Assembly: GCA_902525435.1 (NCBI GenBank)
Contig: CABZHD010000003.1
Coordinates: forward strand, 39,827-103,826
Direction of reading: 5' to 3'
Source of the DNA: an uncultured SAR86 cluster bacterium
GTDB lineage: Bacteria > Pseudomonadota > Gammaproteobacteria > Magnimaribacterales > AG-339-G14
DNA length: 64,000 nt
The stretch's first letter is position 1. The number at the start of each line of letters is the position of its first letter. Shown here in pieces: positions 49,472 through 60,430 of this stretch. The notes beneath the pieces were generated by a model that saw only the letters and a program-made list of their open reading frames with translations, was not told the origin of the DNA and ran no database searches. Both the position numbers and the translations under genes were made by a program.

Positions 49472-50809
49472 ATGTTTAAAAAAATCCTTATAGCTAATAG
49501 AGGAGAAATCGCCTTAAGAATCTTAAGAGCATGCGAAGAACTTGATATAAAGACTGTTGCTGTTTATTCGTCAGCAGATAAAGATTTAAAACATGTAAAG
49601 ATGGCGGATGAATCCATTTGTATTGGACCTGCAGAATCAGCAAAAAGTTATCTCAACGTCGCTGCTATTATAAGCGCATCAGAACTGACAGGGATTGATG
49701 CTATTCATCCGGGTGTAGGTTTTCTCTCTGAAAACGATCATTTTGCTCAACAAGTAACATCTAGCGGATACAAATTCATAGGGCCAGATTCAGAAACCAT
49801 AAAAGTGATGGGAAACAAAATCACTGCAAAAGAAGCAGTTCTATCAGCTGGAATGCAGCCCGTGCCGGGCACAGGAAGAATTAACTCGGAGGAAGAAGCA
49901 TTGAAGATGGCTGATGAAATTGGCTATCCAGTGATAATAAAAGCTGCTGCAGGAGGCGGAGGTAAAGGAATACAAATCTGTGAGAAAAAAGAAGAATTTT
50001 TGTCAAAACTAAGTCTCACTCAAATTGAAGCCTTAAATAGCTTTGGAAGTGACGAAGTTTATATAGAGAAATATCTCCAAACTCCAAGACATGTAGAAAT
50101 ACAAGTTGCTGCTGATGATCATGGCAATGCTGTTCATTTTTTTGAAAGAGACTGCTCAATCCAAAGAAGAAATCAAAAAATCATTGAAGAAGCCCCTGCT
50201 TTTGATGTTCCTCAAGAAAAATTAGATGAAATAAGAAAGATAGCAGTGAACACCTGCAAGAAGCTAAATTATAAAGGTTTAGGTACCTTTGAATTTCTTT
50301 ACGAGGATGGAAATTTTTACTTCATTGAAATGAATACAAGATTGCAGGTAGAACACACGATCACAGAAATGATAACTGGGATTGATCTTGTAAAACTTCA
50401 AATTATGATTGCTGCAGGTCAGGAAATTCCTTTGTCTCAAGATGATATTAACTGCCGCGGTCATGCAATCGAATGCAGGATAAATGCTGAACATCATGAA
50501 ACTTTCATTCCATCTCCTGGTAAGGTAACTGAATTTCATCCTCCAGGCGGATTTAGGATTAGGACCGATTCTCATCTCTATTCTGGTTATACAGTTCCCC
50601 AATATTATGATGCTCTAATAGCGAAAATATGTGCGCATTCAAGTGATAGAATTTCTGCAATAAGAAAGATGCGAGTAGCTCTCGAAGAAACATATATAGA
50701 GGGAATAAATACAAATTCTCCTCTTCATCAAAGAATTCTTGTTGAGCCAAACTTTGTTGAAGAAAAAATCTCAATAAATTACTTAAGAGATATTCTTAAC
50801 ATAAAGTAA
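49472..50809 (+). CDS. accC: Biotin carboxylase subunit of acetyl-CoA carboxylase
   Basis: KILIANRGEIALRI N-terminus, ATP-grasp motifs and EMNTRLQVEH. Confidence 0.96.
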   Translation: MFKKILIANRGEIALRILRACEELDIKTVAVYSSADKDLKHVKMADESICIGPAESAKSYLNVAAIISASELTGIDAIHPGVGFLSENDHFAQQVTSSGYKFIGPDSETIKVMGNKITAKEAVLSAGMQPVPGTGRINSEEEALKMADEIGYPVIIKAAAGGGGKGIQICEKKEEFLSKLSLTQIEALNSFGSDEVYIEKYLQTPRHVEIQVAADDHGNAVHFFERDCSIQRRNQKIIEEAPAFDVPQEKLDEIRKIAVNTCKKLNYKGLGTFEFLYEDGNFYFIEMNTRLQVEHTITEMITGIDLVKLQIMIAAGQEIPLSQDDINCRGHAIECRINAEHHETFIPSPGKVTEFHPPGGFRIRTDSHLYSGYTVPQYYDALIAKICAHSSDRISAIRKMRVALEETYIEGINTNSPLHQRILVEPNFVEEKISINYLRDILNIK

Positions 50810-50817
50810 ATATTTTC

Positions 50818-53202
50818 ATGAAAGAGTATGATCCAAAAGTCATTGATCAATCTATTCAAGATTACTGGGATTCAAATAATGCTTTCGAGGTAGATCCCGA
50901 TACTGATAAAGATAAATTTTACTGCTTAAGCATGCTGCCCTACCCGTCTGGAAAAATTCATATGGGTCATGTTAGGAATTATACGATTGGTGATTTAATC
51001 TCTAGATTCAATATTAGATTAGGAAAATGCGTCATGCAACCAATGGGTTGGGATGCTTTTGGGTTACCGGCAGAAAACGCAGCAATAGAAAACAAAGTTT
51101 CTCCAAAAGACTGGACCTATCAGAATATAGAAACAATGAGAAGTCAGCTTAAACAATTAGGATTTGCCTATGACTGGCGTAGAGAATTTTCTACTTGTGA
51201 TGAGAGCTACTATAAATGGGAGCAAGATCTGTTTTGTAAAATGTTTGAAAAGGGTCTGGTTATTAGAGAAAAAGCTGAAGTAAATTGGGATCCAGTTGAT
51301 AAAACAGTTTTAGCAAACGAACAAGTCATCGACGGTAGAGGCTGGAGATCTGGAGCTCCGGTAGAAAAAAAATTCCTTAATCAGTGGTCTCTAAAGATAA
51401 CTGACTATGCTGATGAACTTCTTTCAGAATTAAGGAATCTCTCTGGCTGGCCTGAACAGGTAAAGCTAATGCAAGAGAATTGGATCGGTAAATCAAAGGG
51501 AATGGTATTCCAATTTGAAAACTCAGTGATAGATAAGCCAATTGAAGTTTTTACTACAAGGCCTGACACCATTATGGGTGTCAGCTTTATTGCACTTTCA
51601 TCAGAACATGAAATCACGAAGAGAAAACTATCCGAGAATAAAGATTTACAACTCTGGATAGAAGAAATGAGTAAAGTTAAAAGCGCAGAAAAAGATCAAG
51701 CACTACAAGAAAAAAAAGGTTTTTTTCTTAACGAATTTGCCTATCACCCAGTCACAAAAGAAAAGATACCTATTTGGGTAGCAAACTTCGTTCTTTCAGA
51801 TTATGGATCAGGCGCATTGATGGGTGTACCTGGTCATGATCAAAGAGATTTTGAATTTGCCACAAAATATTCACTGCCTATCGTTAGAGTAATTTCTTCC
51901 GAGAACGAAGATTCTGATCAAGCATCTACAGAGAAAGGGAAATTGATTAATTCGGGTCAATTCGATGGTTTAAGTTTTGAAGATGCATTCATAGAAATAC
52001 AAAAATTTGCAGAGCAAAATAATTTTGGAAGATTTGAAGAAAATTTCAGGCTCAGAAATTGGGGTGTTTCCAGACAGAGATCTTGGGGCGCTCCTATTCC
52101 GATGATGATTTCTGAGAATGAAGATGACAATGATGCCATTCCTTTTTCAGATCTATCCGATGATGAGCTAAAGGCAGAGTCAATAGAGAGAAATGGAAAA
52201 AAATACGTTAAAGAAAAAGATACGCTTGATACTTTTTTTGAATCCTCTTGGTATTACGCAAGGTATGCATCTTTTAAATCAGATAAAGATATCTTGGATG
52301 ATGAAGCAAATTATTGGTTACCAGTCGATCAGTACATCGGAGGAATTGAACATGCGATACTTCATCTGCTCTACTCAAGATTTTTCTGCAAAGTTCTTAA
52401 CGAATTAGGATATTTGGATACAAGGGAGCCGTTTACGAATCTTCTCTGTCAGGGAATGGTTCTTATGGATGGTGCAAAAATGTCTAAGTCAAAAGGTAAT
52501 GTAGTGAATCCAGATGATTTAATTGAAGAATACGGTGCTGACTCTTTAAGATTGTTTATGATGTTCGCAGCCCCTCCTGAACAGTCTTTGGAGTGGTCCG
52601 ATAGTGGCATTAAAGGCTCATTTAAATTTATCAATAAACTTTGGGCAATGTCCCAAAAACATTTTTCAACTGTTGGGCACTATGAACATAACTCTGAAGA
52701 TTCTGAAATGGAAAAACTTTACATCAAAGTGAATCAGACCATCAAAAAAGTTAATGATGATTTCTCAAGAAGATTTTCTTTCAATACCGCGATTTCTTCA
52801 GTCATGGAAATGATAAATGCAATACCTGATAAATTCCTTGATGATAATTCTTCTGAAGATCAAAAAACATTAGTTAATGAAACTTTAAGGGTTGCTATAA
52901 GTCTTCTCAATCCAATCATTCCCCATGTTACAGAACAACTATGGAAGGATGCTGGAGGTCATTTTCTTTACAATGAAAGTTGGCCAGTTCCAAATGAAAA
53001 TTTCCTAGAATCTAATGAAGTTGATTTCATTGTTCAAGTTAATGGGAAATCAAGAGGTAAGTTAATCATTGATATTGAAGCAGGTGAACATGACGTCAAA
53101 TCTATGTCGATGAAAATTGAAAATGTTGCAAAGTATTTAGATGGGAAAGAAATAAAAAAAATAATATTTGTTAAAGGTAAATTGATAAACTTTGTTGTGT
53201 GA
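50818..53202 (+). CDS. leuS: Leucine--tRNA ligase
   Basis: HMGH (HIGH-type) motif at PSGKIHMGH and the KMSKS motif at GAKMSKSKGN. 794 aa. Confidence 0.96.
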   Translation: MKEYDPKVIDQSIQDYWDSNNAFEVDPDTDKDKFYCLSMLPYPSGKIHMGHVRNYTIGDLISRFNIRLGKCVMQPMGWDAFGLPAENAAIENKVSPKDWTYQNIETMRSQLKQLGFAYDWRREFSTCDESYYKWEQDLFCKMFEKGLVIREKAEVNWDPVDKTVLANEQVIDGRGWRSGAPVEKKFLNQWSLKITDYADELLSELRNLSGWPEQVKLMQENWIGKSKGMVFQFENSVIDKPIEVFTTRPDTIMGVSFIALSSEHEITKRKLSENKDLQLWIEEMSKVKSAEKDQALQEKKGFFLNEFAYHPVTKEKIPIWVANFVLSDYGSGALMGVPGHDQRDFEFATKYSLPIVRVISSENEDSDQASTEKGKLINSGQFDGLSFEDAFIEIQKFAEQNNFGRFEENFRLRNWGVSRQRSWGAPIPMMISENEDDNDAIPFSDLSDDELKAESIERNGKKYVKEKDTLDTFFESSWYYARYASFKSDKDILDDEANYWLPVDQYIGGIEHAILHLLYSRFFCKVLNELGYLDTREPFTNLLCQGMVLMDGAKMSKSKGNVVNPDDLIEEYGADSLRLFMMFAAPPEQSLEWSDSGIKGSFKFINKLWAMSQKHFSTVGHYEHNSEDSEMEKLYIKVNQTIKKVNDDFSRRFSFNTAISSVMEMINAIPDKFLDDNSSEDQKTLVNETLRVAISLLNPIIPHVTEQLWKDAGGHFLYNESWPVPNENFLESNEVDFIVQVNGKSRGKLIIDIEAGEHDVKSMSMKIENVAKYLDGKEIKKIIFVKGKLINFVV

Positions 53203-53675
53203 TGCGTTATGTCTGTTTATCCCTTTTATGTCTGTTTATTTATTCCTGTGGGTATAGTTTAGTTTCTAATAATCCATCAAAGCTTGATGCTGTATTGATT
53301 TACGAAAGCACTCCTCTTAATAAATTACTTGTTAAAAATATTAAATCTAATCAGGGGTATGTAGGATTGAACTTATCTAAAACAGATCAAGTTGATTTGA
53401 AAATTAGAATTATTTCACAAAGAATTGGAAAATTTCTTTCTGCTACCGATAAAAATCTTACACCTGCCGTGGGAAGCATTGAGTATTCTTTAGATTATGA
53501 ATTTATCTTAGATGACAAAATCATTTCACAAAGTTTCTATGACTCGGAACTTTATCCTTATAATACTTCGAATATTCTTTCGAATGACAAGATTACAGAA
53601 GAAATCAAAAATTCTTTTCTTGATAAAGCTCTAGATGATATTAAGTTTAATCTGATAAAAATCTCTGATGGCTAA
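53199..53675 (+). CDS. lptE: LPS-assembly lipoprotein LptE
   Basis: Lipobox FIYSCG, ~160 aa, and the conserved position between leuS and holA. Confidence 0.75.
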   Translation: MMRYVCLSLLCLFIYSCGYSLVSNNPSKLDAVLIYESTPLNKLLVKNIKSNQGYVGLNLSKTDQVDLKIRIISQRIGKFLSATDKNLTPAVGSIEYSLDYEFILDDKIISQSFYDSELYPYNTSNILSNDKITEEIKNSFLDKALDDIKFNLIKISDG

Positions 53676-54588
53676 CATATATTGCTTTATTAGTGATGAA
53701 CCCTTTCTGCTTCAAGAAAATAGATTAATCGAGATAAATAAATTAAAAAAAGAAGGGTATCTAAATAGAAAAATTTTTTTTGCGGATAAAAAGTTTAACT
53801 GGGATACATTTGATAGCAATGACAGTTTATCTTTATTTGAGGATAAAGAGCTTTTAGATATAAGAATTAATGGATTTGCTCCTACGAAAGATTGTCTCAA
53901 TTATTTAGAGGACTTCTCAGGTAAAGCAGGAAGTTCCAAAATAATTATCTTATCAATTGAAAACGTAACCAAAGTTAAAGGCAGTGCATGGTTTAAAAAA
54001 ATTTCCTCCATCACGAAATCGTCATACATAGAAAAGATTTATCCAAATCAATTTCCTGCATGGCTTAAGTCTAGAGCTAAAAGAAGAGGTTTGAATTTAG
54101 ATGTTCAAATGACTGATTATTTAACTGAACTGACAAATGGAAATCTCTTGGCTGCCGATCAAGAGCTAAAATGTCTCAAACTCATATCAAAAAATGAAGA
54201 TTTAAATATGATCACCATCAAAGATTCATTGATTGATAGTTCAAGCAAAGATATATTTTCTTTTTCAAGGAGTTTCATCAATTCAAATGCACAGCTTTTT
54301 AATAAACTTCTTAATCAACTCCTGATTGAGAAAGTACCATTAACTTTAATGCTTTGGAGCTTAAATAGAGAATTGTCTTTTATCGAAGCATTACAAGCCA
54401 ATCCAACAATGAAAGTGCCAGGGCCTTTTGATTATGTATCTGATTTAAAAAATAAGGCTAAAACAATATCAGAAGATTCAATTAATAAAATTAAAATTGA
54501 AATTGCTAAATTAGATAGGTTGATTAAATCAGAAAATAATGAAAAGTTAATTAAGGTTCGTTTCAATACCTTAATGTCTTATGTTTGA
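53668..54588 (+). CDS. holA: DNA polymerase III delta subunit
   Basis: Position after lptE, 306 aa, and a delta-subunit-like helical C-terminus. Sequence motifs are weak, so the call rests mainly on synteny. Confidence 0.7.
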   Translation: MANIYCFISDEPFLLQENRLIEINKLKKEGYLNRKIFFADKKFNWDTFDSNDSLSLFEDKELLDIRINGFAPTKDCLNYLEDFSGKAGSSKIIILSIENVTKVKGSAWFKKISSITKSSYIEKIYPNQFPAWLKSRAKRRGLNLDVQMTDYLTELTNGNLLAADQELKCLKLISKNEDLNMITIKDSLIDSSSKDIFSFSRSFINSNAQLFNKLLNQLLIEKVPLTLMLWSLNRELSFIEALQANPTMKVPGPFDYVSDLKNKAKTISEDSINKIKIEIAKLDRLIKSENNEKLIKVRFNTLMSYV

Positions 54589-55418
54589 TAAATTTCTTGT
54601 AAATATATTTCTCTTAGTCTTAATGTGAGATCACCTAGTTTATCTGTATGAAACTTAGAACCTATTATTCTCACTACAGGAATAACTCCTTTGGTAGTTG
54701 AAGACATAAAAACCTCTTGAGCGTTATCAATTTCCGATAAGGGAATAATCCTTTGAATCACTTTTATGTTATTAGCTTCCGCTAAATTAATGAGTTTTGC
54801 CCTTGTGACGCCGGGCAGTATGTTTGCATCAAGAGATGGTGTATGAAGATCATCATTTATGAATAGAAATAAGTTTGATACCGCGCCTTCATTTAAAAAA
54901 CCACCTTTATGCAAGATTACTTCGTCATGGCCTTCAGAATCAGCTTCAATTTTATTCAAAACATTGGCTAATAAAGATGTAGATTTGATATCTGTTTTTA
55001 ACCACCTCTCATCATCTTTAAGTAAAGCAGAAATTCCTTTGTGTCGATCTGATGGATCATCAATTTTGATAGACGTTATAAAGACTGTCGGACTTAAATT
55101 TTCTTCAGGAAGATGATTTCTAATTAGTTGGACTCCTCTAGAAATTTGAACGTATATTGCTTGAAAAGGAGCATTATTTACTTTTGCAATTCTATTAATT
55201 TCATCCTCTAAGTTTTTTTCTTTAAAATCTGGAATTAGTTTTATGGATGCAAGACTCTGCTTTAACCTAGCAAGATGATCTTCAAGAAAGATACATCTTC
55301 CGTCTATACATAGAATCATTTCATAAACAGCATCCCCAAATATAAAGCCCCTATCAAAAGGAGATATAAAAAGTTTATGAGATTCTTTTATCTCAAAGTT
55401 TAAAGAAGAGAAAGACAT
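54579..55418 (-). CDS. Class IV (fold type IV) PLP aminotransferase, D-amino-acid transaminase-like
   Basis: FDRGFIFGDAVYEM near the N-terminus and a class IV signature region (EGAVSNLF, GVTR). Adjacent to dacA. Substrate (D-Ala, BCAA or ADC lyase) is not resolvable by eye. Confidence 0.7.
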   Translation of the reverse strand: MSFSSLNFEIKESHKLFISPFDRGFIFGDAVYEMILCIDGRCIFLEDHLARLKQSLASIKLIPDFKEKNLEDEINRIAKVNNAPFQAIYVQISRGVQLIRNHLPEENLSPTVFITSIKIDDPSDRHKGISALLKDDERWLKTDIKSTSLLANVLNKIEADSEGHDEVILHKGGFLNEGAVSNLFLFINDDLHTPSLDANILPGVTRAKLINLAEANNIKVIQRIIPLSEIDNAQEVFMSSTTKGVIPVVRIIGSKFHTDKLGDLTLRLREIYLQEIYQT

Positions 55419-56581
55419 TAAGTAGTTTCATCTTGCATGAAAAAACTGTAGACGGAGAAAATTAAGTTATCCCATAATGCTGAAATAAAACTTTTTTTCT
55501 TTACGTCTGTTATGGCTACTAAATCATAAGACTGAATTCTTTCACCATTAGATAACAAAATTAACTCATCGAGTTTTTGATCCCTGGATATTGGCGCTCT
55601 TACACCCAAGCTGCTGGGCAAATCTAATTCAAGATTTTTAAATTTATTTCTTTGCAGAGTAATTTTTAAATCCGATCCTAAACCTAGCGAGACTTTTTCA
55701 TCAATTCCAGCCCAAACATCGATGGTTGTTAATGGCTCGTATGCTTTAACGATTGTTTTTGTTTGGTAAAACCTAAATGCATAGTCCAGCAATCGTCTTG
55801 TATCTCTTATTCTTGTCTTTTCGGATGCACTATTCAATACAATGCTGACAAATCTTGTTTCTCCTCTGATGGCAGAGCCAGCTAGACAATATCCTGAGTC
55901 ATTTGTATGCCCAGTTTTAATCCCATCAACGGAATCGTCTTGCCAGAGCAAGCTATTTCTATTCAATTGTCTTATATCATCAAAAGTAAATTCTTTTTCT
56001 TTATATAAAGCATAGTGCTCTGGAAAATCATTTATCATGCTGATGCTTAATTTTGCTAGATCTCTAGCGGTTGAGTAATGGTTTACATCAGGCAATCCTG
56101 TTGGATTTACAAAATTTGAATCTAGCATACCCAATTCAGAAGCATACTCATTCATCAAGACAGCAAAATCCCCTTGGGTACCAGCAACATGTTCAGCTAA
56201 AGCACAGCTCGCATCATTACCAGATTGAATAATCATTCCTTTAAGTAAATCATCAACAGAAACTCTTTTTCCTTCCTGGATAAACATTCTTGAGCCCTCC
56301 ATTCGCCAACAAACTTCAGAAATCAAAACTTGATCTTCTTTTGATATGAAGCCTTTCTCAATCTGATCAGCAACCACATAACCTGTCATAATTTTTGTTA
56401 AGCTGGCCAAACCAGATGGCAGATCTGCATTTTGCTCTGAAATAATTTCATTGGTATGAGCCTCAACTAAAATGTAACTTTTTGCATTTACCTCAGGAGG
56501 ATCGGGTATCAAAGTCTGAGATGATATATTTGAAATTGAAAGTAGAAAGAAGATAAGTAATATTTTCAAATCAAACCTCAT
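55418..56581 (-). CDS. dacA: D-alanyl-D-alanine carboxypeptidase (PBP5/6 class)
   Basis: SxxK (ASLTKIMT), SGN (IQSGNDA) and KTG (IKTGHT) motifs, plus a signal peptide. Confidence 0.88.
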   Translation of the reverse strand: MRFDLKILLIFFLLSISNISSQTLIPDPPEVNAKSYILVEAHTNEIISEQNADLPSGLASLTKIMTGYVVADQIEKGFISKEDQVLISEVCWRMEGSRMFIQEGKRVSVDDLLKGMIIQSGNDASCALAEHVAGTQGDFAVLMNEYASELGMLDSNFVNPTGLPDVNHYSTARDLAKLSISMINDFPEHYALYKEKEFTFDDIRQLNRNSLLWQDDSVDGIKTGHTNDSGYCLAGSAIRGETRFVSIVLNSASEKTRIRDTRRLLDYAFRFYQTKTIVKAYEPLTTIDVWAGIDEKVSLGLGSDLKITLQRNKFKNLELDLPSSLGVRAPISRDQKLDELILLSNGERIQSYDLVAITDVKKKSFISALWDNLIFSVYSFFMQDETT

Positions 56582-57527
56582 TAATAGTGAAAGCTAACTC
56601 TTTGCTTAATAAAAATACCGCAATAATGTAAAAAGAGCTTTTATTATATCTTGATAAGACCTTCAGGTTCTCGCCACCTATCCAATAAGATTTGTCACTA
56701 ACGGAGACTTGTAAGTATGTTTCACTTTTCAGATCATCAAATTCAACCTGATTTTTAGGCTTTAACTCTAGGTATTCGTTCTTTTTCATTTTCCAAATTG
56801 TTGAAATAGGATTTTGCTTATCAACTAGGTTTGCTTCTACAGCAATATTTGCATCCTTTTGCCAACCATTTCTCTTTAAGTAATTGGCAACACTTCCGAT
56901 GGCATCTACTGGATTATTGATAATATCTCTTACACCATCATCATCAAAATCTATGGCAAGCCTCCTGTAAGAATCAGGTAAAAATTGTCCATAGCCCATG
57001 GCTCCAGCGTAAGAACCGTTTAATTTAAGAGGATCAAAATTTTCTTCCCTTGAAAGTAATAAAAAATTCTCTAACTGGATCTTAAAGAATTTCGATCTTC
57101 TAGGATAATCAAAACTTAAAGTAGCGAGAGAATCAATCACTCTGGTGCTTCCTTTTATGGAACCATAACTCGATTCAATGCCAATTATCGAAGCTATGAT
57201 TTCTTTTGGAACGCCAAATTCTTTTTCTGCGGCAATAAAATCTGTCATGTATTTATTTAAGAATTTTTGACCATTTTCAATCCTCATTGGCGAAACAAGT
57301 CTTTTTCGATATTTATCCCAAGAAAAAGTTTTTTCTGCAGGCCTATTCATAAGATCTATGATCTTTTGCTGCTTGTTGGCACTTGAAAAAATTGAAATTA
57401 GATAGTTTTGATCAAAATCATGTTTTTGATGCATCTCTTTGATAAAACTTTTTGCATCGTCATGAGAAGAATAATCAGCAAAGCATAGCGGTGCGAGAAA
57501 CATAATCAAAAATATGATTCTTCTCAT
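56571..57527 (-). CDS. mltB: Lytic murein transglycosylase B family
   Basis: IIGIESSYG catalytic Glu region and GAMGYGQFLP motif. Confidence 0.85.
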   Translation of the reverse strand: MRRIIFLIMFLAPLCFADYSSHDDAKSFIKEMHQKHDFDQNYLISIFSSANKQQKIIDLMNRPAEKTFSWDKYRKRLVSPMRIENGQKFLNKYMTDFIAAEKEFGVPKEIIASIIGIESSYGSIKGSTRVIDSLATLSFDYPRRSKFFKIQLENFLLLSREENFDPLKLNGSYAGAMGYGQFLPDSYRRLAIDFDDDGVRDIINNPVDAIGSVANYLKRNGWQKDANIAVEANLVDKQNPISTIWKMKKNEYLELKPKNQVEFDDLKSETYLQVSVSDKSYWIGGENLKVLSRYNKSSFYIIAVFLLSKELAFTINEV

Positions 57528-58624
57528 GCTGTCCTCCTGAAAGACAAAATAATTCCAATCATGATCATGTTAATGATTAGTGCTGTTCCACCTTGGCTCA
57601 AGAAAGGAAGTGGCATGCCGACAACTGGTAAAATTCCAACAACCATAGCAGTATTGAATGCGACATATGTTAAAAGAAGAAAGATAAATGTGCCGGCTAC
57701 TAGTTTTACAAAAAGAAAATTTGAGTTCTTTGCAATCATAACTAATCTAAAAGCTAATAATAAGTATACCAAGAACAGTCCCATTACTCCGAATAATCCA
57801 AATTCTTCAGCTACAACAGCGAAAATAAAATCTGTATGACTTTCAGGTACAAAATTTAATTGGCTTTGAGTTCCTTGTAAAAATCCTTTACCAAAAAGAC
57901 TTCCTGAGCCAACAGCAATTTGTGATTGGATAATGTTCCATCCAGTACCTAATGGATCTGAACCAGGATCAAAAAAAGTGAGTACTCTTTGTTTTTGATA
58001 ATCCAATAAATTCATCCAAATAAAAGGTGTCGATAATAAGATAGTAACTATTCCAATTATTTGATAACTGACTGGAAATCCGGATATTAAAACTGGAAGA
58101 ATCCCCGAAATCAAAACCATAATCGAAGTTCCTAAATCAGGTTGAATAAAAACTAGATAAAAGGAGAAAAAACTTACTCCGATAACTATCATCCAATCTC
58201 TGAAGACTATTCTTGGATTTCTTGAAAGAAATGCTGCTGCGCTTATTGTCAAAACACAACGCATGAGCTCAGAAGGCTGAAAACCAAAAATTCCCAGATC
58301 AATCCATCTTCTAGTAGCTGCATCAGAAGGAATTACAAGAACTACCAATAAAAAAAATAATCCTATCCAAAATACATTCAGGTAAATGGGTAATAACCTC
58401 TGATAATCGCTGAATGATAAATAGATCATAAAGACAATGCCGATTACTGCAAAAATACCTTGTCTCAAAACCATCTCCACAGAGCCAGAAGCACTGTAGA
58501 TCATCATTAATCCAAAACTAACTAAAGAAATGATTAAGAAAAGAACTAACCAGTCTTGATTAAGCCACCTTTTTGGCTTGATCATTCTAGAAGATAAAGA
58601 AAATTCTAAAGGGTTTCTACTCAT
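57524..58624 (-). CDS. mrdB: Peptidoglycan glycosyltransferase RodA (SEDS family)
   Basis: SEDS motifs (QPSE, PESHTDFIF, LPFLSQGGT) and a position downstream of mrdA. Confidence 0.92.
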   Translation of the reverse strand: MSRNPLEFSLSSRMIKPKRWLNQDWLVLFLIISLVSFGLMMIYSASGSVEMVLRQGIFAVIGIVFMIYLSFSDYQRLLPIYLNVFWIGLFFLLVVLVIPSDAATRRWIDLGIFGFQPSELMRCVLTISAAAFLSRNPRIVFRDWMIVIGVSFFSFYLVFIQPDLGTSIMVLISGILPVLISGFPVSYQIIGIVTILLSTPFIWMNLLDYQKQRVLTFFDPGSDPLGTGWNIIQSQIAVGSGSLFGKGFLQGTQSQLNFVPESHTDFIFAVVAEEFGLFGVMGLFLVYLLLAFRLVMIAKNSNFLFVKLVAGTFIFLLLTYVAFNTAMVVGILPVVGMPLPFLSQGGTALIINMIMIGIILSFRRTA

Positions 58625-60428
58625 TCTTAGTTAAATAATAATCAAAACCTGCTTTCGCGATTGGTGCCGCTACCCTGCTTCCAGATTCTCCATTTTCAAT
58701 GATTACTAAGATAAGAAGTTCTGGGTCAGGGATAGGAGCATAACCAACGAATAAAGCATGATCTCTGAAGAATGGATTTTCTCTAATATCTTCATATTCC
58801 TGATCTTCATAGCTTTTGATTTGAGCTGTACCGGTCTTACCTGCAATCACATATCTAGTATCCTTTATGTTATTGGCAGTGCCATTTGGAGCGTTAATGA
58901 CTTCGATCATTGATTTTTCAATTTTTTCCCAATTAGTTTCATCTTTAAGGTTAATTTTTCCTAAAGACTCTAATTCTGTAGGTGATTCATCAATTTCTTC
59001 TACTAGACGAGGTTTAATTATGACTCCTCTATTGGCTATTACTGCTATAGCCTGTGAAATTTGTATGGGGGTGGAAAGCATATAACCTTGCCCAATGCCT
59101 AAGTTGATGCTGTCTCCTTTGAACCAAAACTCTCCTATGTAGCCTAACTTCCATTTTTCGTTAGGGACAAGTCCATTTGATTCTTCCGCATCAATATTAG
59201 TCTTAGCACCAAAGCCAAATTTATTCAGAAAAGGTTCTAACCTTTTTATCGTAAGATCGTAGGCTGTGGAATAAAAATAAACATCCGAGGATTCCACGAT
59301 TGCTTTTTCTAGATCAACCTTGCCATGACCATCTTCCTTCCAACCTCTATAGGGTCGAGGATCACCTTCAACATAAAATTCTCCATCATCTTGAATAATA
59401 GTATTCCAATCGACTATTCCCTCATCAAGAGCTGCTAAACCAAGGATTGGTTTTATTGTTGATGCAGGTGGATAATTACCCATAGTTGCCCTGTTGAATA
59501 AAGGCCCTTCATCATCACTGAAGATTGATTGGATTTCAGCTAGAGAACTACTTGAGTTGAAAATATTTGGATCGTAAGAGGGCGAACTTATTAATGCCTT
59601 AATGAACCCTGTTTTAGGTTCTAAAGCTACCAGTGCACCTTTATGTCCCTCAAAAAAAGGAATTAAGAAGTTTTGTAGATCAAGGTCAATAGAAAGTTTT
59701 AAGTCTTTCCCGCTTTCAGCATTATTTTCAGATAGAACCCGAACAAACTTACCAGACACATCTTTTTCTTCCATTCTCGTGCCTACTTTGCCACTTAATT
59801 GATCATGATAAGTTTTCTCTATCCCAGAAATTCCAATTTGACTACCTGAAATAAAATTTGAACTTTTATTAACATCATTTGACTCGGAATATCCCATATA
59901 ACCAAGCACGTGAGCTAATGATTTCTTATTTACTACAGATCTAACTAAGCCGGTTTCTACGCTAAATCCCTTAAATTTTTCACTTGAAACGCTAAATAAA
60001 GCTATCTGTTCATCATTCAATGATTTAGCTAGAGTAATTGGTTGAAAAGGATACCTAGATTTTTTTATTTGTCTTTCATAGACATCTAACAAAAAAGACT
60101 TTTCTAAGTTCAAAAGGTCAGCAATCTCTTTAATTTTTTTTAAGGTATCTGTTGATCTTTCAGGAACCAGATTCAACTGTGATGAGGCAATATTTTCAAC
60201 TAATAACTTATCGTTTGTATCGAAAATTAGTCCTCTCGTAGGATAGATTGTTCTCGATACGATTCTATTGTTCTCTGACTGAGTCTCATATTTTTTTCCA
60301 TTTATAACTGTCAAGTTAATAGTTTGTAGCAAAACTACAAACATAATAAAAATAGGAAAAATTAAATACAGTACTAGCTTGCGGAACTCTGAGTCTCGTT
60401 TACCCGAAAAAAACTTTTTTATTTTCAT
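58617..60428 (-). CDS. mrdA: Penicillin-binding protein 2 (elongasome transpeptidase)
   Basis: The serine motif reads PASTIKP (STIK as SxxK), with KTGTAQ as the KTG motif. 603 aa. Confidence 0.92.
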   Translation of the reverse strand: MKIKKFFSGKRDSEFRKLVLYLIFPIFIMFVVLLQTINLTVINGKKYETQSENNRIVSRTIYPTRGLIFDTNDKLLVENIASSQLNLVPERSTDTLKKIKEIADLLNLEKSFLLDVYERQIKKSRYPFQPITLAKSLNDEQIALFSVSSEKFKGFSVETGLVRSVVNKKSLAHVLGYMGYSESNDVNKSSNFISGSQIGISGIEKTYHDQLSGKVGTRMEEKDVSGKFVRVLSENNAESGKDLKLSIDLDLQNFLIPFFEGHKGALVALEPKTGFIKALISSPSYDPNIFNSSSSLAEIQSIFSDDEGPLFNRATMGNYPPASTIKPILGLAALDEGIVDWNTIIQDDGEFYVEGDPRPYRGWKEDGHGKVDLEKAIVESSDVYFYSTAYDLTIKRLEPFLNKFGFGAKTNIDAEESNGLVPNEKWKLGYIGEFWFKGDSINLGIGQGYMLSTPIQISQAIAVIANRGVIIKPRLVEEIDESPTELESLGKINLKDETNWEKIEKSMIEVINAPNGTANNIKDTRYVIAGKTGTAQIKSYEDQEYEDIRENPFFRDHALFVGYAPIPDPELLILVIIENGESGSRVAAPIAKAGFDYYLTKNE

Positions 60429-60430
60429 TG